Counted from the stretch's first letter, positions 18,126-29,225 are shown. The stretch: DNA of 64,000 nt from Candidatus Syntropharchaeum butanivorans (GCA_001766825.1 LYOR01000002.1:61810-125809); one strand, 5' to 3'. Notes: generated by a model not told the origin, from the letters alone. Numbers and translations: made by a program.

Positions 18126-19211
18126 TCAGGAGAACTTAAACCTGATATGGCACGCACCCTCTGAAGAGACCATGCACGCACCAACCGGGTTTGAGGGAGA
18201 ACACACCCTCCCGAATAATCCACACTCCTCCGGTGTTATGATGCCCCTCAGGACCTCTGCACACCTGCACCCCCTCTCCTCCCTCTCCTCATACTCAAAC
18301 CCGCGAAGCTCATCCTCAAAGCGCTTTATGGCATCTTTCTCCTCATATTTCCTCTTTATCCCATACCCTGAGTCAGGGATTTCTGGAAAACCTCTCCACT
18401 CTGCGTCTTTCACATAAAAAACTTCATTCATCATTCTCTTAGCCTTCACATTACCCTCCCTCTTTATCACCCGCCTGTATGCATTCTCAACCTCATATCT
18501 ACCATCCAGAATCTGCTTCAGGAGCAGGTATATTCCAAAGAGGATATCTGCTGGTTCAAAACCTGCAACCGCCTGAGGGACCCTGTAACGCTCTGAAATC
18601 CATTCATATGGCTCGGTTCCTATAATCGTGCTAACATGCCCCGGATCTAAAAATGCATCCACCTTCACCTCACCCTGTGAGAGGAGGAAGAGGATGGCAG
18701 GTGGAATCAAACGGTGAACAGAGATGACAGAGAAGTTTTCAGGGCTGTTCAGAAGGGCCACAGCGGTCGTGGGTGCGGTTGTCTCAAACCCGACTCCAAA
18801 GTGAACAACCTCCTTTTCTTCGGCCTTTGCAATTTCAATCGCATCTGTTATACTGTAAACAACTCTTATATCCTTCCCTTCACTCTTTGCATGCTCAAAA
18901 GACCCTTTATTGCTTGGAACCCTGTACATATCACCGTATGTCGTTATTATGCATTTATCCGCAAGGAATATCGCCCGGTCAATCTCAAGCTTCGGCGTTA
19001 CACAGACAGGACAGCCCGGACCTGGGATAATCTCAACGTTATCAGGAAGAAGGGACCTCAGGCCAAACCTCTCAATCTCATGCTCATGCGTCCCGCAGAC
19101 GTGCATTATCCTCACATGATCGAGCTTCTTTGATACTTTCCTGATCTCCCCAAGTATCTTTTCAATTATTCTCGGATCATTCAGGATCCTTCTGAGCTCA
19201 TCTGGTTCCAT
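18126..19211 (-). CDS. hypD: Hydrogenase maturation protein HypD
   Basis: HVCGTHE, GPGCPVC, GFETT, MVSSEGAC. Confidence 0.97.
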   Translation of the reverse strand: MEPDELRRILNDPRIIEKILGEIRKVSKKLDHVRIMHVCGTHEHEIERFGLRSLLPDNVEIIPGPGCPVCVTPKLEIDRAIFLADKCIITTYGDMYRVPSNKGSFEHAKSEGKDIRVVYSITDAIEIAKAEEKEVVHFGVGFETTAPTTAVALLNSPENFSVISVHRLIPPAILFLLSQGEVKVDAFLDPGHVSTIIGTEPYEWISERYRVPQAVAGFEPADILFGIYLLLKQILDGRYEVENAYRRVIKREGNVKAKRMMNEVFYVKDAEWRGFPEIPDSGYGIKRKYEEKDAIKRFEDELRGFEYEEREERGCRCAEVLRGIITPEECGLFGRVCSPSNPVGACMVSSEGACHIRFKFS

Positions 19212-19413
19212 AATCCCCCCATATCTTAAAGAACTCCTCTGCTTCTTTCTCATCTATCCGCTCGATCGCAAAGCCGACATGTACAAGGACATACTCTCCC
19301 ACTTTCACATCTTCAAGAAGGTCGAGCCTCACACCCCTCACCACTCCTCCAAAGTCGGCCTCTCCAATTCTATCATTGACTTTAATGATTTTAGCAGGTA
19401 CTGCAAGACACAT
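19198..19413 (-). CDS. hypC: Hydrogenase chaperone HypC
   Basis: MCLAVPAKI start, YVLVHVGFAI. Confidence 0.96.
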   Translation of the reverse strand: MCLAVPAKIIKVNDRIGEADFGGVVRGVRLDLLEDVKVGEYVLVHVGFAIERIDEKEAEEFFKIWGDYGTR

Positions 19414-19446
19414 AAAAAGATATATGATGATTACAGATATTAAATT

Positions 19447-21759
19447 ATGCCCTATCGGATAAAGGTAAATGGAGTTGTGCAGGGTGTTGGGTTCAGGCCG
19501 TTTGTATACAGGCTTGCCCATCTCCATTCATTGAAAGGGTATGTGAAGAACCTTTCATCATCCGTTGAGATCGCTGTAAGTGGCGAAGATAGGGAGATAA
19601 AGGCTTTTGTTGAAGATCTAAAGGAAAAAGCCCCACCTCTATCGAGAATAGATGAGATATCGATCGAAAGCCTTGATGAAGATGGCTTTTCACAGTTTAA
19701 AATTGAAAAAAGCGGGGATAAGGGAGGGGGGAGGCTTGTAATACCGCCTGATATTGCACTCTGCAGTGAGTGCTTGGAAGAGCTCTTTGATGGGAAGGAT
19801 AGAAGATACCTCTATCCATTTATAAACTGTACAAACTGCGGTCAGCGGTTTTCACTGATCGGGTCCACCCCTTACGATAGGGAGAAGACATCGATGAGGG
19901 AGTTCAGGATGTGTAATATGTGTCTTGGTGAGTATCAGGATCCACTTGACAGGAGATACCATGCCCAGACAACATCATGCCCTATATGTGGCCCCTCATA
20001 CTTTCTGAGATCTGCTGATGGAAGGATACTCTCATACAATCACGATGCTATCGAGCTTGCGGCAGAACTTCTTGACAAGGGTGAGATAATCGGTATAAAG
20101 GGGTTTGGCGGGTTTCATATAGCATCAAAAACAGAGGATGAGGAGGTTTTGATGCTGAGAGATCTTCTTGGTAGAAGATCACAACCTTTTGCGATAATGG
20201 CCGAGAGTGTCGATGAGATAAGGCGGTTTGCCCACTTATCGGAAGAAGAGGAGGCATACATCACATCTTTCACCCGCCCCATCCTCATCCTGAAGAAGAA
20301 GGATCCTTTCCCACTCTCAGAGCATCTTGCACCAGGGCTTGATACGATCGGTGTGATGCTTCCCTATTCACCGCTCCATCACATCCTCTTCTCATTCTCC
20401 CGGTGCTCAAGCTTTGTCATGACCTCTGCAAACCTTCCAGATGATCCGATGGTGATAGAGAACCAGGATGCCATAGATAGACTCGGGTTTCTCAATTATC
20501 TTCTCATGAGTGATCTTGAGATTATAAACAGGATTGATGATAGTGTGATAAAGTTTGTAAGTGGAAATCCGCTCTTCATAAGAAGATCACGAGGGTATGT
20601 CCCGCTCGATCTTCCATTAAATGGAGACAGAGTGACCCTCTCACTCGGTGCAGAGCTCTCAAACACATTTACGATTACAAAGAATGGGAGGGCGGTCATC
20701 TCCCAGCATATCGGAAACACCCACAACTATGACGCACTTCTCTTCATGAGAGAGGCGATCGAGCGGATGATGACCCTCCTTGGTGTTGAGCGCTTCGAGA
20801 TGGTATACTGCGATCTTCATCCAGCATACAATACAACGGTGCTTGCACCATCATTCGGGACCAGGATCTATCAGCTCCAGCACCACTTCGCCCATGCCCT
20901 CTCGCTGCTTGGTGATAGAGGTGCGAGGACTGGGGTTGTCATCTCCTGTGATGGTATGGGATACGGGGCAGATGGGAGGATCTGGGGTGGTGAAGTTCTT
21001 TATATCGATCTTGATGAGAGGGAGTTTGAGCGTGTGGGGCATCTTGAGTATCAGAGGATGGTTGGGGGAGACCTTGCGGCATATTTCCCTCTTAGAATGG
21101 CGTTCTCAATCCTGAGAAGGTTCTATGATTCCCATGACTTCTTCATGGAGTATGCGGGGAAGTTCAGATATGGCAAGAAAGAGCTTGAGGTGATCGAGAA
21201 GGAATGGGAAAGATGTGAGATCATGACATCATCATGTGGGAGAGTCCTTGATGCGCTCGCCTCACTGCTCGGGATCTCTTATGAGAGGACGTATGAAGGA
21301 GAGCCTGCAATGAGGCTTGAGGCTGCTGCAGATGGAGATCTCATCGAGATGGGGGTTGAGATCGTGAAAGAGAGGGGGATTAAGCGATTCATACCCTGGG
21401 TTGAGTATGGTAGTGAGATTGAGGGGGAAGAGGGGGATCTTCAGGTTGTAAGAACCTCACTGCTTCTTCATGACGCGTTTGAGCTGTGGAAGAGGGGTGC
21501 GAAGAGGGGGGATCTCGTGCGCAGCTTCATCCATCATCTTACATCCTCTCTTTGCGATATAGCGATTGATGCATGCAGCAGGTTTGACGTTGAGAGCCTT
21601 GGTTTTTCCGGTGGATGTGCATACAACAGGATCATGACCCGGGTTATAAAGGAGAGGGCGAGAGAGAACAACCTCAACCTTCTTCTTCACAAAAATGTAC
21701 CTGCCGGTGACGGTGGGATATCGTTCGGGCAGGCACAGCTTTCACAGGTGATTGAATGA
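19447..21759 (+). CDS. hypF: Carbamoyltransferase HypF
   Basis: GVVQGVGFRPF, two Zn fingers, HHFAH, GDGGISFGQ. Confidence 0.97.
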   Translation: MPYRIKVNGVVQGVGFRPFVYRLAHLHSLKGYVKNLSSSVEIAVSGEDREIKAFVEDLKEKAPPLSRIDEISIESLDEDGFSQFKIEKSGDKGGGRLVIPPDIALCSECLEELFDGKDRRYLYPFINCTNCGQRFSLIGSTPYDREKTSMREFRMCNMCLGEYQDPLDRRYHAQTTSCPICGPSYFLRSADGRILSYNHDAIELAAELLDKGEIIGIKGFGGFHIASKTEDEEVLMLRDLLGRRSQPFAIMAESVDEIRRFAHLSEEEEAYITSFTRPILILKKKDPFPLSEHLAPGLDTIGVMLPYSPLHHILFSFSRCSSFVMTSANLPDDPMVIENQDAIDRLGFLNYLLMSDLEIINRIDDSVIKFVSGNPLFIRRSRGYVPLDLPLNGDRVTLSLGAELSNTFTITKNGRAVISQHIGNTHNYDALLFMREAIERMMTLLGVERFEMVYCDLHPAYNTTVLAPSFGTRIYQLQHHFAHALSLLGDRGARTGVVISCDGMGYGADGRIWGGEVLYIDLDEREFERVGHLEYQRMVGGDLAAYFPLRMAFSILRRFYDSHDFFMEYAGKFRYGKKELEVIEKEWERCEIMTSSCGRVLDALASLLGISYERTYEGEPAMRLEAAADGDLIEMGVEIVKERGIKRFIPWVEYGSEIEGEEGDLQVVRTSLLLHDAFELWKRGAKRGDLVRSFIHHLTSSLCDIAIDACSRFDVESLGFSGGCAYNRIMTRVIKERARENNLNLLLHKNVPAGDGGISFGQAQLSQVIE

Positions 21760-22799
21760 TGAAGATAAGGATGGAGGATGGTGCAGGCGGAGAAGGAATG
21801 GCGAAGTTTCTTGAGAGCTATGTCCTGAGGTTACTCTCAAAGAGGCGTGCAGGTGAGATCGGGCTTGATGAGCTTGATGATGGTGCAAGTGTCCGGGATT
21901 TCATCTTTACAGTAGATGGTCATACTGTAAGGCCATTGATCTTCCCGGGTGGGGATATCGGGCGGCTTTCTGTCTCAGGGACAGTGAACGATCTTGCTGT
22001 TATGGGAGCAAAGCCTCTTGCCCTCTCAAGCTCGATGATAATCGAAGCAGGATTTGAGGGGGAGTTGCTTGAGAGGATCCTGAGATCGATGGACGATACG
22101 ATGAGAGAGGCAGGGGTTCCCATCGTCTGTGGGGATACGAAGGTTGTTGAGGAGAAGATAGGGCTATTTGTAACAACATCCGGGATAGGTGAGGGAAACG
22201 GTGCTTTGATGAGGAATATAGAGGTGATAAGGGAGTACAGGGATTATCCTCACAGGTTTATCGTCGACAGAGGGCTTGGGGAGGGCGATCTTATCATCGT
22301 GTCAGGTACGGTTGCAGATCATGGAATGGCGATATTATCCCTCAGAAAGGGTATTGAATTTGAATCAGGGATTGAGTCTGACGTTGCACCCCTATGGGGC
22401 ATGATAGAACAGGCGATGGCGTGTGGAGGCATCACGGCGATGAAGGATCCAACAAGGGGGGGACTTTCAAACGCACTGAACGAGCTTGCAAGAAAGTCTG
22501 GCGTGGGGATAGAGATAGACGAGGAGAGGATACCTGTTAAGAGAGAGGTTCTTGCAGCATCTGAGATGCTCGGGCTTAACTTTCTTGATATGGCATCAGA
22601 GGGGAGGGTTGTGATGGGGGTTGTGAGAGAATATGCAGAAGAGGTACTCAGGGCGCTCAGGAGAAGCAGATATGGAAAGGATGCTGAGATCATAGGTGAG
22701 GTTCGCGGTGAGAGTGGGGAGGTAATCATGAGGACACGGGTAGGTGGAAGGAGGGTTATTCGCCCGCCAATCGGCGATCCTGTACCGAGGGTTTGTTAA
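21756..22799 (+). CDS. hypE: Hydrogenase maturation protein HypE
   Basis: GTVNDLAV, MKDPTRGG, C-terminal PRVC. Confidence 0.97.
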   Translation: MMKIRMEDGAGGEGMAKFLESYVLRLLSKRRAGEIGLDELDDGASVRDFIFTVDGHTVRPLIFPGGDIGRLSVSGTVNDLAVMGAKPLALSSSMIIEAGFEGELLERILRSMDDTMREAGVPIVCGDTKVVEEKIGLFVTTSGIGEGNGALMRNIEVIREYRDYPHRFIVDRGLGEGDLIIVSGTVADHGMAILSLRKGIEFESGIESDVAPLWGMIEQAMACGGITAMKDPTRGGLSNALNELARKSGVGIEIDEERIPVKREVLAASEMLGLNFLDMASEGRVVMGVVREYAEEVLRALRRSRYGKDAEIIGEVRGESGEVIMRTRVGGRRVIRPPIGDPVPRVC

Positions 22800-22861
22800 A
22801 ATTTATCCATTAAAGATGAGACCGGATATCATAACCCCTGTAATCCTTTAAGCTGAAGATT

Positions 22862-24001
22862 TCAGGCCTCTCCCCCCTCTCCATTCTTCTCCTGTTCACC
22901 CAGATACCTGAGCCCCATATCAAGAAGGCGCTTCATCTCCCCCTCTTCAAGGTCAAGCTTCACCATATAACGCTCAAACTCCCTCTTTATAGACCTGAAA
23001 GAGACACTGGTTGAGTATGTACCCCCCTCCTCCCTTAAGACATCCCATCTTATCTCAAAATGTACGGCATCAGCGGTCAGTCGTTTTATCTCATCAAACT
23101 CGATTGTATTGTATACTGCAAGTGGAATCTTCTCGACCTTAAGCCTGACGATCTTTCCAGCCGGGTCTGAGGCTACAATTCTCGATCTGATCTCCTCCAT
23201 TATCTCTTCTGCTCTGAGTCCTGTGCAGTCGAGAGGCTCAAGATCAATCATATCCCGTGTATTCAGCTTTCTGAACCTGACAACATCATCTCCGCCAAGA
23301 TCTACCTCCAAAAACCCTTTTGGTTCTCCTGCCTCTGCAAACGAAAATCTCTCGGTTGAGCCTGAATAATATGCACTGCCTCCAACGTGAACCGCTCTGT
23401 GGTAGTGCCCCAGCGCGATGTAATCAAAATCCCTCATAAGCTCATTATAATCAATGATCTCCTCGTTGAATACCCCCTGCTTGAATACAGAAACTCCCGA
23501 AATCCCTGCATGGAGCATCAAAATATTATAATCGAAGCTTTCATTCTTATCCACTTTTTCAAGCTCATTTTTGATTCCTGTCTGTGTGTGAGGTATCGCA
23601 TGAACGATCACACCAAGATCGTCAAGGATTATCTGATCATATCTCCCCTCATACACGGGATAGATTCCATCGAGATGTTCAAAGAGCTTGAATACACTGC
23701 CCGTCTCTCTCAGGCGTGGGGTCTCATGGTTTCCTGAGATTACAACAAACGGGATCCCTTCTCCTGATAGCCTTAAAAGAAGCTCGAGAACGTGGGATAT
23801 TGCGCGATTTGTAGGTCTTACTGAGTCAAAAAGATCGCCTGCATGCAGTATAAGATCGGGATGCGTCTCTATCGCATAGTTCACAAACTCCGTGAATGCA
23901 TTGTAGACATCGACCTCTCGCTGATTTAACCCGAGCCTGCTATCAACTCTTCTGTAGGCAGAGTACCCGATGTGCGTATCAGCAACGTGCAGAACCCTCA
24001 T
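22862..24001 (-). CDS. mre11: Mre11/SbcD-family nuclease
   Basis: DTHIG, GDLFD, GNHE, GHYH metallophosphoesterase motifs. Confidence 0.88.
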   Translation of the reverse strand: MRVLHVADTHIGYSAYRRVDSRLGLNQREVDVYNAFTEFVNYAIETHPDLILHAGDLFDSVRPTNRAISHVLELLLRLSGEGIPFVVISGNHETPRLRETGSVFKLFEHLDGIYPVYEGRYDQIILDDLGVIVHAIPHTQTGIKNELEKVDKNESFDYNILMLHAGISGVSVFKQGVFNEEIIDYNELMRDFDYIALGHYHRAVHVGGSAYYSGSTERFSFAEAGEPKGFLEVDLGGDDVVRFRKLNTRDMIDLEPLDCTGLRAEEIMEEIRSRIVASDPAGKIVRLKVEKIPLAVYNTIEFDEIKRLTADAVHFEIRWDVLREEGGTYSTSVSFRSIKREFERYMVKLDLEEGEMKRLLDMGLRYLGEQEKNGEGGEA

Positions 24002-25077
24002 TCCAACCTCAGATAATCCTCCACATGCCTGTGATCAAACTTTTCAATCTTTGCCATCGACTTTATGAAGCTGAATAGCTTCAATCTCACGTTGGGCTCG
24101 AGGTTTGGATACCATATCGGGCTTGCAACAACAAGGCCCCTGAACAGGTAGAACGGAGGGATTACCTCAAGTATCTCCCAGTCTCCGGTCTTATCAAGGT
24201 AGTTCTCCCAGAATATATCGTAAAGCTCCTTGAACGCTCCTTTGAAGGTACCATATAAATTGAGCGCGTAGAAGATGTAGTTTATCGTGATCGATGATAG
24301 ATCATCAGCAGCCTCGCCCCATTCGCCACGGGATCGATCAAGGAGTGTGAAGGATACCCCCTCCCGGAAGAGTATGTTCCATGGATGAAAATCTCCATGA
24401 ACCGCACATATCCGATCACACCTTCCTTTAATCCTCCATCTCCATCTTACCGCACCTTTCTCGATCTCTTCAAGATCTCTCCATGTGATGAACCCGAGAT
24501 CTCTGGGGTAGCTATCCATAAGACCCATTATGCACTCCCCATGACCCACAAGCTCTCTTATTCGCCTTGTATACAGCGATTCCATCCCGGAGGGAGGTTT
24601 TATGGCATGGATGCGCGCGAGATATGAGGAGAGAGCATGCGTCCGGTCTTTATCAAGATCCTCAAGTTCTCCTCGTCTGGATATCCTGTTGAGGTCATGG
24701 AAGTATTCTAAACCCTCTGCTTCTTCCATCAGGAGGAAGTATTCATCAGCATCCCTCACGGATCTCATCTCACCATTCTCTGTGAAATATCCGATATCAA
24801 CCGATCTTACATGCTCTGGCAGGGTATTAAAGCTTCGATACTGCTCCATCAGTACTCTTGCCCGGTCCTCCATCTGTTCATGCCCGAACGAGTCACCACG
24901 CATCGTTGATAGAACAAACCCCTTCTTTACTCCTCCAACCTCAACCTCTATCCTGAACGGCTTACCATACCCGAATCCCTTGAGCTCATCTGCGCCCCCA
25001 ATATCCCCGATACTCACAAGCTTTGCATCTGCTCCAAAAACCCCTTTTATGTACTTCTCAACCTTCTCAGGCCTCAT
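23998..25077 (-). CDS. APH/choline-kinase-like phosphotransferase
   Basis: HGDFHPWNILF Brenner motif, LLD. Confidence 0.85.
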   Translation of the reverse strand: MRPEKVEKYIKGVFGADAKLVSIGDIGGADELKGFGYGKPFRIEVEVGGVKKGFVLSTMRGDSFGHEQMEDRARVLMEQYRSFNTLPEHVRSVDIGYFTENGEMRSVRDADEYFLLMEEAEGLEYFHDLNRISRRGELEDLDKDRTHALSSYLARIHAIKPPSGMESLYTRRIRELVGHGECIMGLMDSYPRDLGFITWRDLEEIEKGAVRWRWRIKGRCDRICAVHGDFHPWNILFREGVSFTLLDRSRGEWGEAADDLSSITINYIFYALNLYGTFKGAFKELYDIFWENYLDKTGDWEILEVIPPFYLFRGLVVASPIWYPNLEPNVRLKLFSFIKSMAKIEKFDHRHVEDYLRLE

Positions 25078-25085
25078 ACATCCAC

Positions 25086-26288
25086 CTACTTCTCAATAAC
25101 ACCCTTAATCCTCGATGTAAATATTCTTTTATCCTCAACGATCTCTTCATAAGCCTTAATCTCTCTCACAACTTCCTCTTCTATCCGACCCTCCTCAATA
25201 AGCTCTACAAGCCTGTTTGAGTCAAGCTTCGAGACCTCCTCCCATATCCCAGCACGCTTGAGAACCTCCACGAGCGAGCTGTAGCGTTCCCTATCACCCG
25301 ATATTGAGGGGTACTTTGGCTTCTTTGATACCCTGATCCTCACCCTGTAACCACTCCCATTTATGACGTTAACACCCTCTCTTGCTGCATATTCGTATAT
25401 TGCATTTTTGAGCTGCTCTTCCTCCTGTTTTAGCGCCTTCATCTGGTTTTTAACCTCTATGTACCTGTTAACGAGCTGAACTCCATCCTCCTTTATAAAC
25501 GCATCTGGTGGAAGCCTTGATACCTTGAATGTGTGCTTCTTTAATGGACACAGGTCCTGATACCCGCACCATCCGCATAAGGGAGATTCTCTTGGTTCAA
25601 AGCTATCTGTGGTCTCAATTTTATGTATAATTGATATAACCTCTTTTTTAACCATTTCAAGCTTTTCTCTCTCTCTTTTTGATCTCAATTCCTTATCAAA
25701 TGCGAGATAGTGCCATACAAGATCGACGTCCCTGACATCATCCCAGAGTGACTCAATCCCAAGCTGGTATAGCGCAAGTTGCTTATCCTGGTCTATCTTT
25801 GCCTGATGTGGGAGTGTAGAAGAGGTCTTGTAATCGTGGATCTCATAGGTTCCATCCTCACGTTGATCCAGCCTGTCGATGAAGCCTACAAACTTTATCC
25901 CGGGCACACCCAGTGGTACCTCGATTGGCATCTCAAGCGCAATTGTCCGTGCATGATCAAACGGAAAATAGCGATGATAATAGCTCTCAAGGCATCTTTT
26001 ACCGATCTCTCTGTAGTTATCGAGTGAGTAGCCTTCACGTACTACAATAACCCCCTCATGCAGGTTTTTATCCCAGTTTGAATGATAGAAGTCTATCAGA
26101 TCCTCGAGTGAGCACGTCTTCTCCATTAATTTATCCCTGTATAGCTTCTCAAGGCTCTCATGGACCCTCGACCCCATGAATGCCTCGACACTCTCGGTAT
26201 CACTCTTTATACGATCGATGTACCGAAGCTTGAACTGTAGTGGACAGTTCTCATAAGTCTCCAGACGGGAGTATGAGTATCTTTTCAA
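25086..26288 (-). CDS. PD-(D/E)XK nuclease, Cas4/AddB-like with Fe-S staple and C-terminal coiled domain
   Basis: YSYSRLETYENCP, GFIDRLD, DYKT, CGWCGYQDLC. Confidence 0.88.
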   Translation of the reverse strand: MKRYSYSRLETYENCPLQFKLRYIDRIKSDTESVEAFMGSRVHESLEKLYRDKLMEKTCSLEDLIDFYHSNWDKNLHEGVIVVREGYSLDNYREIGKRCLESYYHRYFPFDHARTIALEMPIEVPLGVPGIKFVGFIDRLDQREDGTYEIHDYKTSSTLPHQAKIDQDKQLALYQLGIESLWDDVRDVDLVWHYLAFDKELRSKREREKLEMVKKEVISIIHKIETTDSFEPRESPLCGWCGYQDLCPLKKHTFKVSRLPPDAFIKEDGVQLVNRYIEVKNQMKALKQEEEQLKNAIYEYAAREGVNVINGSGYRVRIRVSKKPKYPSISGDRERYSSLVEVLKRAGIWEEVSKLDSNRLVELIEEGRIEEEVVREIKAYEEIVEDKRIFTSRIKGVIEK

Positions 26289-26289
26289 A

Positions 26290-27417
26290 TCACACCTCCC
26301 GCATCTTCTTCACGATTTCGTCCCCAACCTCGCTCGTTTTGCTATTTCCACCAAGATCATAGGTACGCACTTTTCCCTCTCGTAGCACATCTTTTATCGC
26401 TTCGATGATGCGCAAAGCCCCCCGATCCTCACCAAGATGCTCCAGAAGCATTGCACCAGCCCAGATCGTCGCGATCGGGTTTACAACATTTTTTCCTTTG
26501 TACTTTGGTGCAGATCCATGTATTGGTTCGAACATTGAGGTTCCATCAGGGTTTATATTACCACCTGGCGCAAGTCCAAGCCCGCCCTGTATCATCGCAC
26601 CAAGGTCTGTGAGGATATCTCCAAACAGGTTTGGTGTGACGATAACTCTGTACCACTCAGGGTTCTTTACAAACCACATCGCTGCTGCATCAATAAAGTT
26701 GAACTCGGTCTCAATCCCGGGATATCGTTCTGCAACATTGAAAAAGACCTCTCTCCAGAGGCTGTACATCTCAGATAGAACGTTGGCTTTGTCAATCCCG
26801 GTAACCCGCTTCATCTTCTTGCGCTCTGCGAGGTTGAAGGCATACTCAATCACTCGCTCTGCCCCCTCCCGTGATATGACCCCGATCTGATACCCGATCT
26901 CATCGCTGCTGGTCTCAATATCAAGATCGAACTTTACCTGGTAGAGCTCTCTTATAAGCTCGAGGTGCACCTTTGAGCTACCTCCCTTAAACCTCCCTCC
27001 TATACCTATGTAGAAGTCCTCGGTATTCTCCCTCACAACGATAAAATCGATATCCTCGGGTCTTTTGTCTTTGATCGGCGTCCACACACCCTCAAGGAGC
27101 TTTACTGGCCTGAGGTTCACGTACTGATCGAAGAAAAACCTCAGTTTAAGGAGTATCCCAAGCTCAAGAATCCCAGGTTCAACCCTTGGATCTCCAAGTG
27201 CACCGAGATATATCGCCCTGTACTGACCGAGCTCCTTTAGCTCCTCTTCACTGATAAGCTCCCCATGCTCAAGGTACCGATCCGCACCAAAGTCATAGTG
27301 AATCCACTCAATATCAAATCCCTCAAGATCGCCCACCGCTTCTATCACTTTCTTCCCCTCTTCGATCACCTCGGGTCCGACACCATCACCCGGAATCGTT
27401 GGTATCTTGTAGAGCAT
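26290..27417 (-). CDS. leuB: 3-isopropylmalate/isocitrate dehydrogenase family protein
   Basis: [38 protein letters not shown]. Confidence 0.88.
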   Translation of the reverse strand: MLYKIPTIPGDGVGPEVIEEGKKVIEAVGDLEGFDIEWIHYDFGADRYLEHGELISEEELKELGQYRAIYLGALGDPRVEPGILELGILLKLRFFFDQYVNLRPVKLLEGVWTPIKDKRPEDIDFIVVRENTEDFYIGIGGRFKGGSSKVHLELIRELYQVKFDLDIETSSDEIGYQIGVISREGAERVIEYAFNLAERKKMKRVTGIDKANVLSEMYSLWREVFFNVAERYPGIETEFNFIDAAAMWFVKNPEWYRVIVTPNLFGDILTDLGAMIQGGLGLAPGGNINPDGTSMFEPIHGSAPKYKGKNVVNPIATIWAGAMLLEHLGEDRGALRIIEAIKDVLREGKVRTYDLGGNSKTSEVGDEIVKKMREV

Positions 27418-27480
27418 GCCGGAGTATAGGTTGGATGTGCGTATAATATTATGCCTCTATCCATTCAGGATAATACCCAC

Positions 27481-28239
27481 TCATCGCCTCCTCCTCTTTT
27501 TCAACATCTCTGAAACCCTCTTGAAAGTCTCTTCATCGATTATCCCCTCATGCTCCCCATCAAATACCTCCTCTCCCCACTTTACACGACCGAGATAAGT
27601 CTCGTTGGTGAGAATCCTGTATACAAGCGATCTGGGGAGATTGAATCTTCTTGAGATCCTGAGTGTGGAGTTTCCCCGTAAATATGCCCTGTAGATATCC
27701 CTCACAACCTCGGCCTCTTCCTCCACCACAACCAGTTTCTTATCCTCGATACGGTAGCCAAACGGTGGCTTGTACTGGACATATCCGTCCTTTGCCCTCT
27801 TGTCCATCCCGAAGATAACTCGCTGACGTATGATATCCCGTTCAAACTCGGCAAATGCACCTATGATGTGAAACATCAGTTTCCCAACGGGAGTGGTTGT
27901 GTCTATCTGCTCTGTGAGGCTCACAAAATCTACCCCATAGCTTCTGAGCTCATCGATAGTAAGGATGATATCCCGCAGGGATCTGCTTAACCTGTCAAGC
28001 TTGTAAACAAGCAGGACATCAATGAGATCGTTCTTGCAGTCTTTTATCAGCTTCTGAAGCTGTGGGCGATTCAGTGTACTTCCACTCACCCCGGCATCGA
28101 CGTATTCCCCCACAACTGTCCAGTCGTTGAATTTACAGTACTCCTCAAGCTTCTGTTTCTGGGCGGCGAGGCTGACACCTGTTGAGGCTTGCTCCTCTGT
28201 ACTCACTCGCATGTACAAACCCACTCTTTTTTGTTCCAT
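27481..28239 (-). CDS. Serine recombinase (catalytic plus recombinase DNA-binding domain, no Zn ribbon)
   Basis: YMRVSTEEQ catalytic Ser, KLDRLSRS, PPFGY, NETYLG. Confidence 0.93.
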   Translation of the reverse strand: MEQKRVGLYMRVSTEEQASTGVSLAAQKQKLEEYCKFNDWTVVGEYVDAGVSGSTLNRPQLQKLIKDCKNDLIDVLLVYKLDRLSRSLRDIILTIDELRSYGVDFVSLTEQIDTTTPVGKLMFHIIGAFAEFERDIIRQRVIFGMDKRAKDGYVQYKPPFGYRIEDKKLVVVEEEAEVVRDIYRAYLRGNSTLRISRRFNLPRSLVYRILTNETYLGRVKWGEEVFDGEHEGIIDEETFKRVSEMLKKRRRR

Positions 28240-28280
28240 TAGGTACACCTTTCGGGACAATGATTATAACTTTTGTGCAG

Positions 28281-28440
28281 GATCTGATGGTTGTGAAGAT
28301 AAAATTTAAAAATAATATTAATAATATTTAAAATATTTATATATAAAACATTATGCTTTAAATGAAATGTTTACAAAATAATAACCTATACAAAGTATCT
28401 ATTAAAGTATAACTAATTTAATGTATATTTAATAATGCAA
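28281..28440. other. Extremely AT-rich intergenic tract between divergent recombinase and rpl10e
   Basis: Almost only A/T for about 150 bp in otherwise balanced-GC DNA. Confidence 0.8.
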
Positions 28441-28518
28441 GAATGTGAGGTGCAAAAGTGGACAGTTAGAGAAACCCCTTCGAAAACATTTATAACACAT
28501 CCTGCTATAATCCAACCT

Positions 28519-29034
28519 ATGGCAAGAAAACCAGGGCGTATGTACAGGAACTTAAAGGGGCCTGCCTATACGAGAAGAGAGTATATGGGAGGAGTTCCAG
28601 GGAGTAAAGTTGTACATTTTGATATGGGAAATCTGAAAGAAGAGTTTCCGGTGGCAGTCTCGATTGTTGCAAAGGAATCATGTCAGATAAGGCACAATGC
28701 AATTGAAGCAGCCCGTATTACTGCAAACAAATGCCTTATGGAGCTTGGCCGTCTAAATTACCACTTTAAGATCTTCATATATCCCCATCATGTCCTGAGA
28801 GAGAATAAACAGGCAACAGGTGCAGGTGCAGATCGTGTTTCCCAGGGTATGAGACGGGCGTTTGGGAAAGCAGTCGGAACGGCAGCTCGTGTGAAGCGGG
28901 GGCAGAGGCTCATGATGGTGGAGGTTGAACCCAAAAATTTCTTAAAAGCGAAAGAGTCACTCAGAAAAGCCGGAAACAAACTCCCAACTCCGGTATCCTA
29001 CGTGATAGAGAGGGGTGCAGAACTGATAAAGTGA
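28519..29034 (+). CDS. rpl10e: 50S ribosomal protein L10e (uL16)
   Basis: [29 protein letters not shown]. Confidence 0.97.
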   Translation: MARKPGRMYRNLKGPAYTRREYMGGVPGSKVVHFDMGNLKEEFPVAVSIVAKESCQIRHNAIEAARITANKCLMELGRLNYHFKIFIYPHHVLRENKQATGAGADRVSQGMRRAFGKAVGTAARVKRGQRLMMVEVEPKNFLKAKESLRKAGNKLPTPVSYVIERGAELIK

Positions 29035-29045
29035 CCCCTTGCATC

Positions 29046-29118
29046 GCCCCGGTGGCTCAGCTGGCAGAGCGAGTGACTTGTAATCACTAGGTCGGGGGTT
29101 CAAATCCCCCCCGGGGCT
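29046..29118 (+). tRNA. tRNA-Thr(UGU)
   Basis: GCCCCGG acceptor stem, AGTGA-CTTGTAA-TCACT anticodon arm, GGTTCAAATCC. Confidence 0.97.
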
Positions 29119-29225
29119 TGTTTTAGCCATATCATAATGTTCAGGGCGAGGTTCAAGGAGATATGAAGGACTAGATCCCAACATGAAGGGGCTGCTCTTT
29201 AATGTGGTAAGGAAACTCCCTCATT

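Noticed and set aside
25086-26288. Cas4-like gene as part of a CRISPR-Cas locus
   Set aside because: No cas1/cas2 and no repeat-spacer array anywhere in the window
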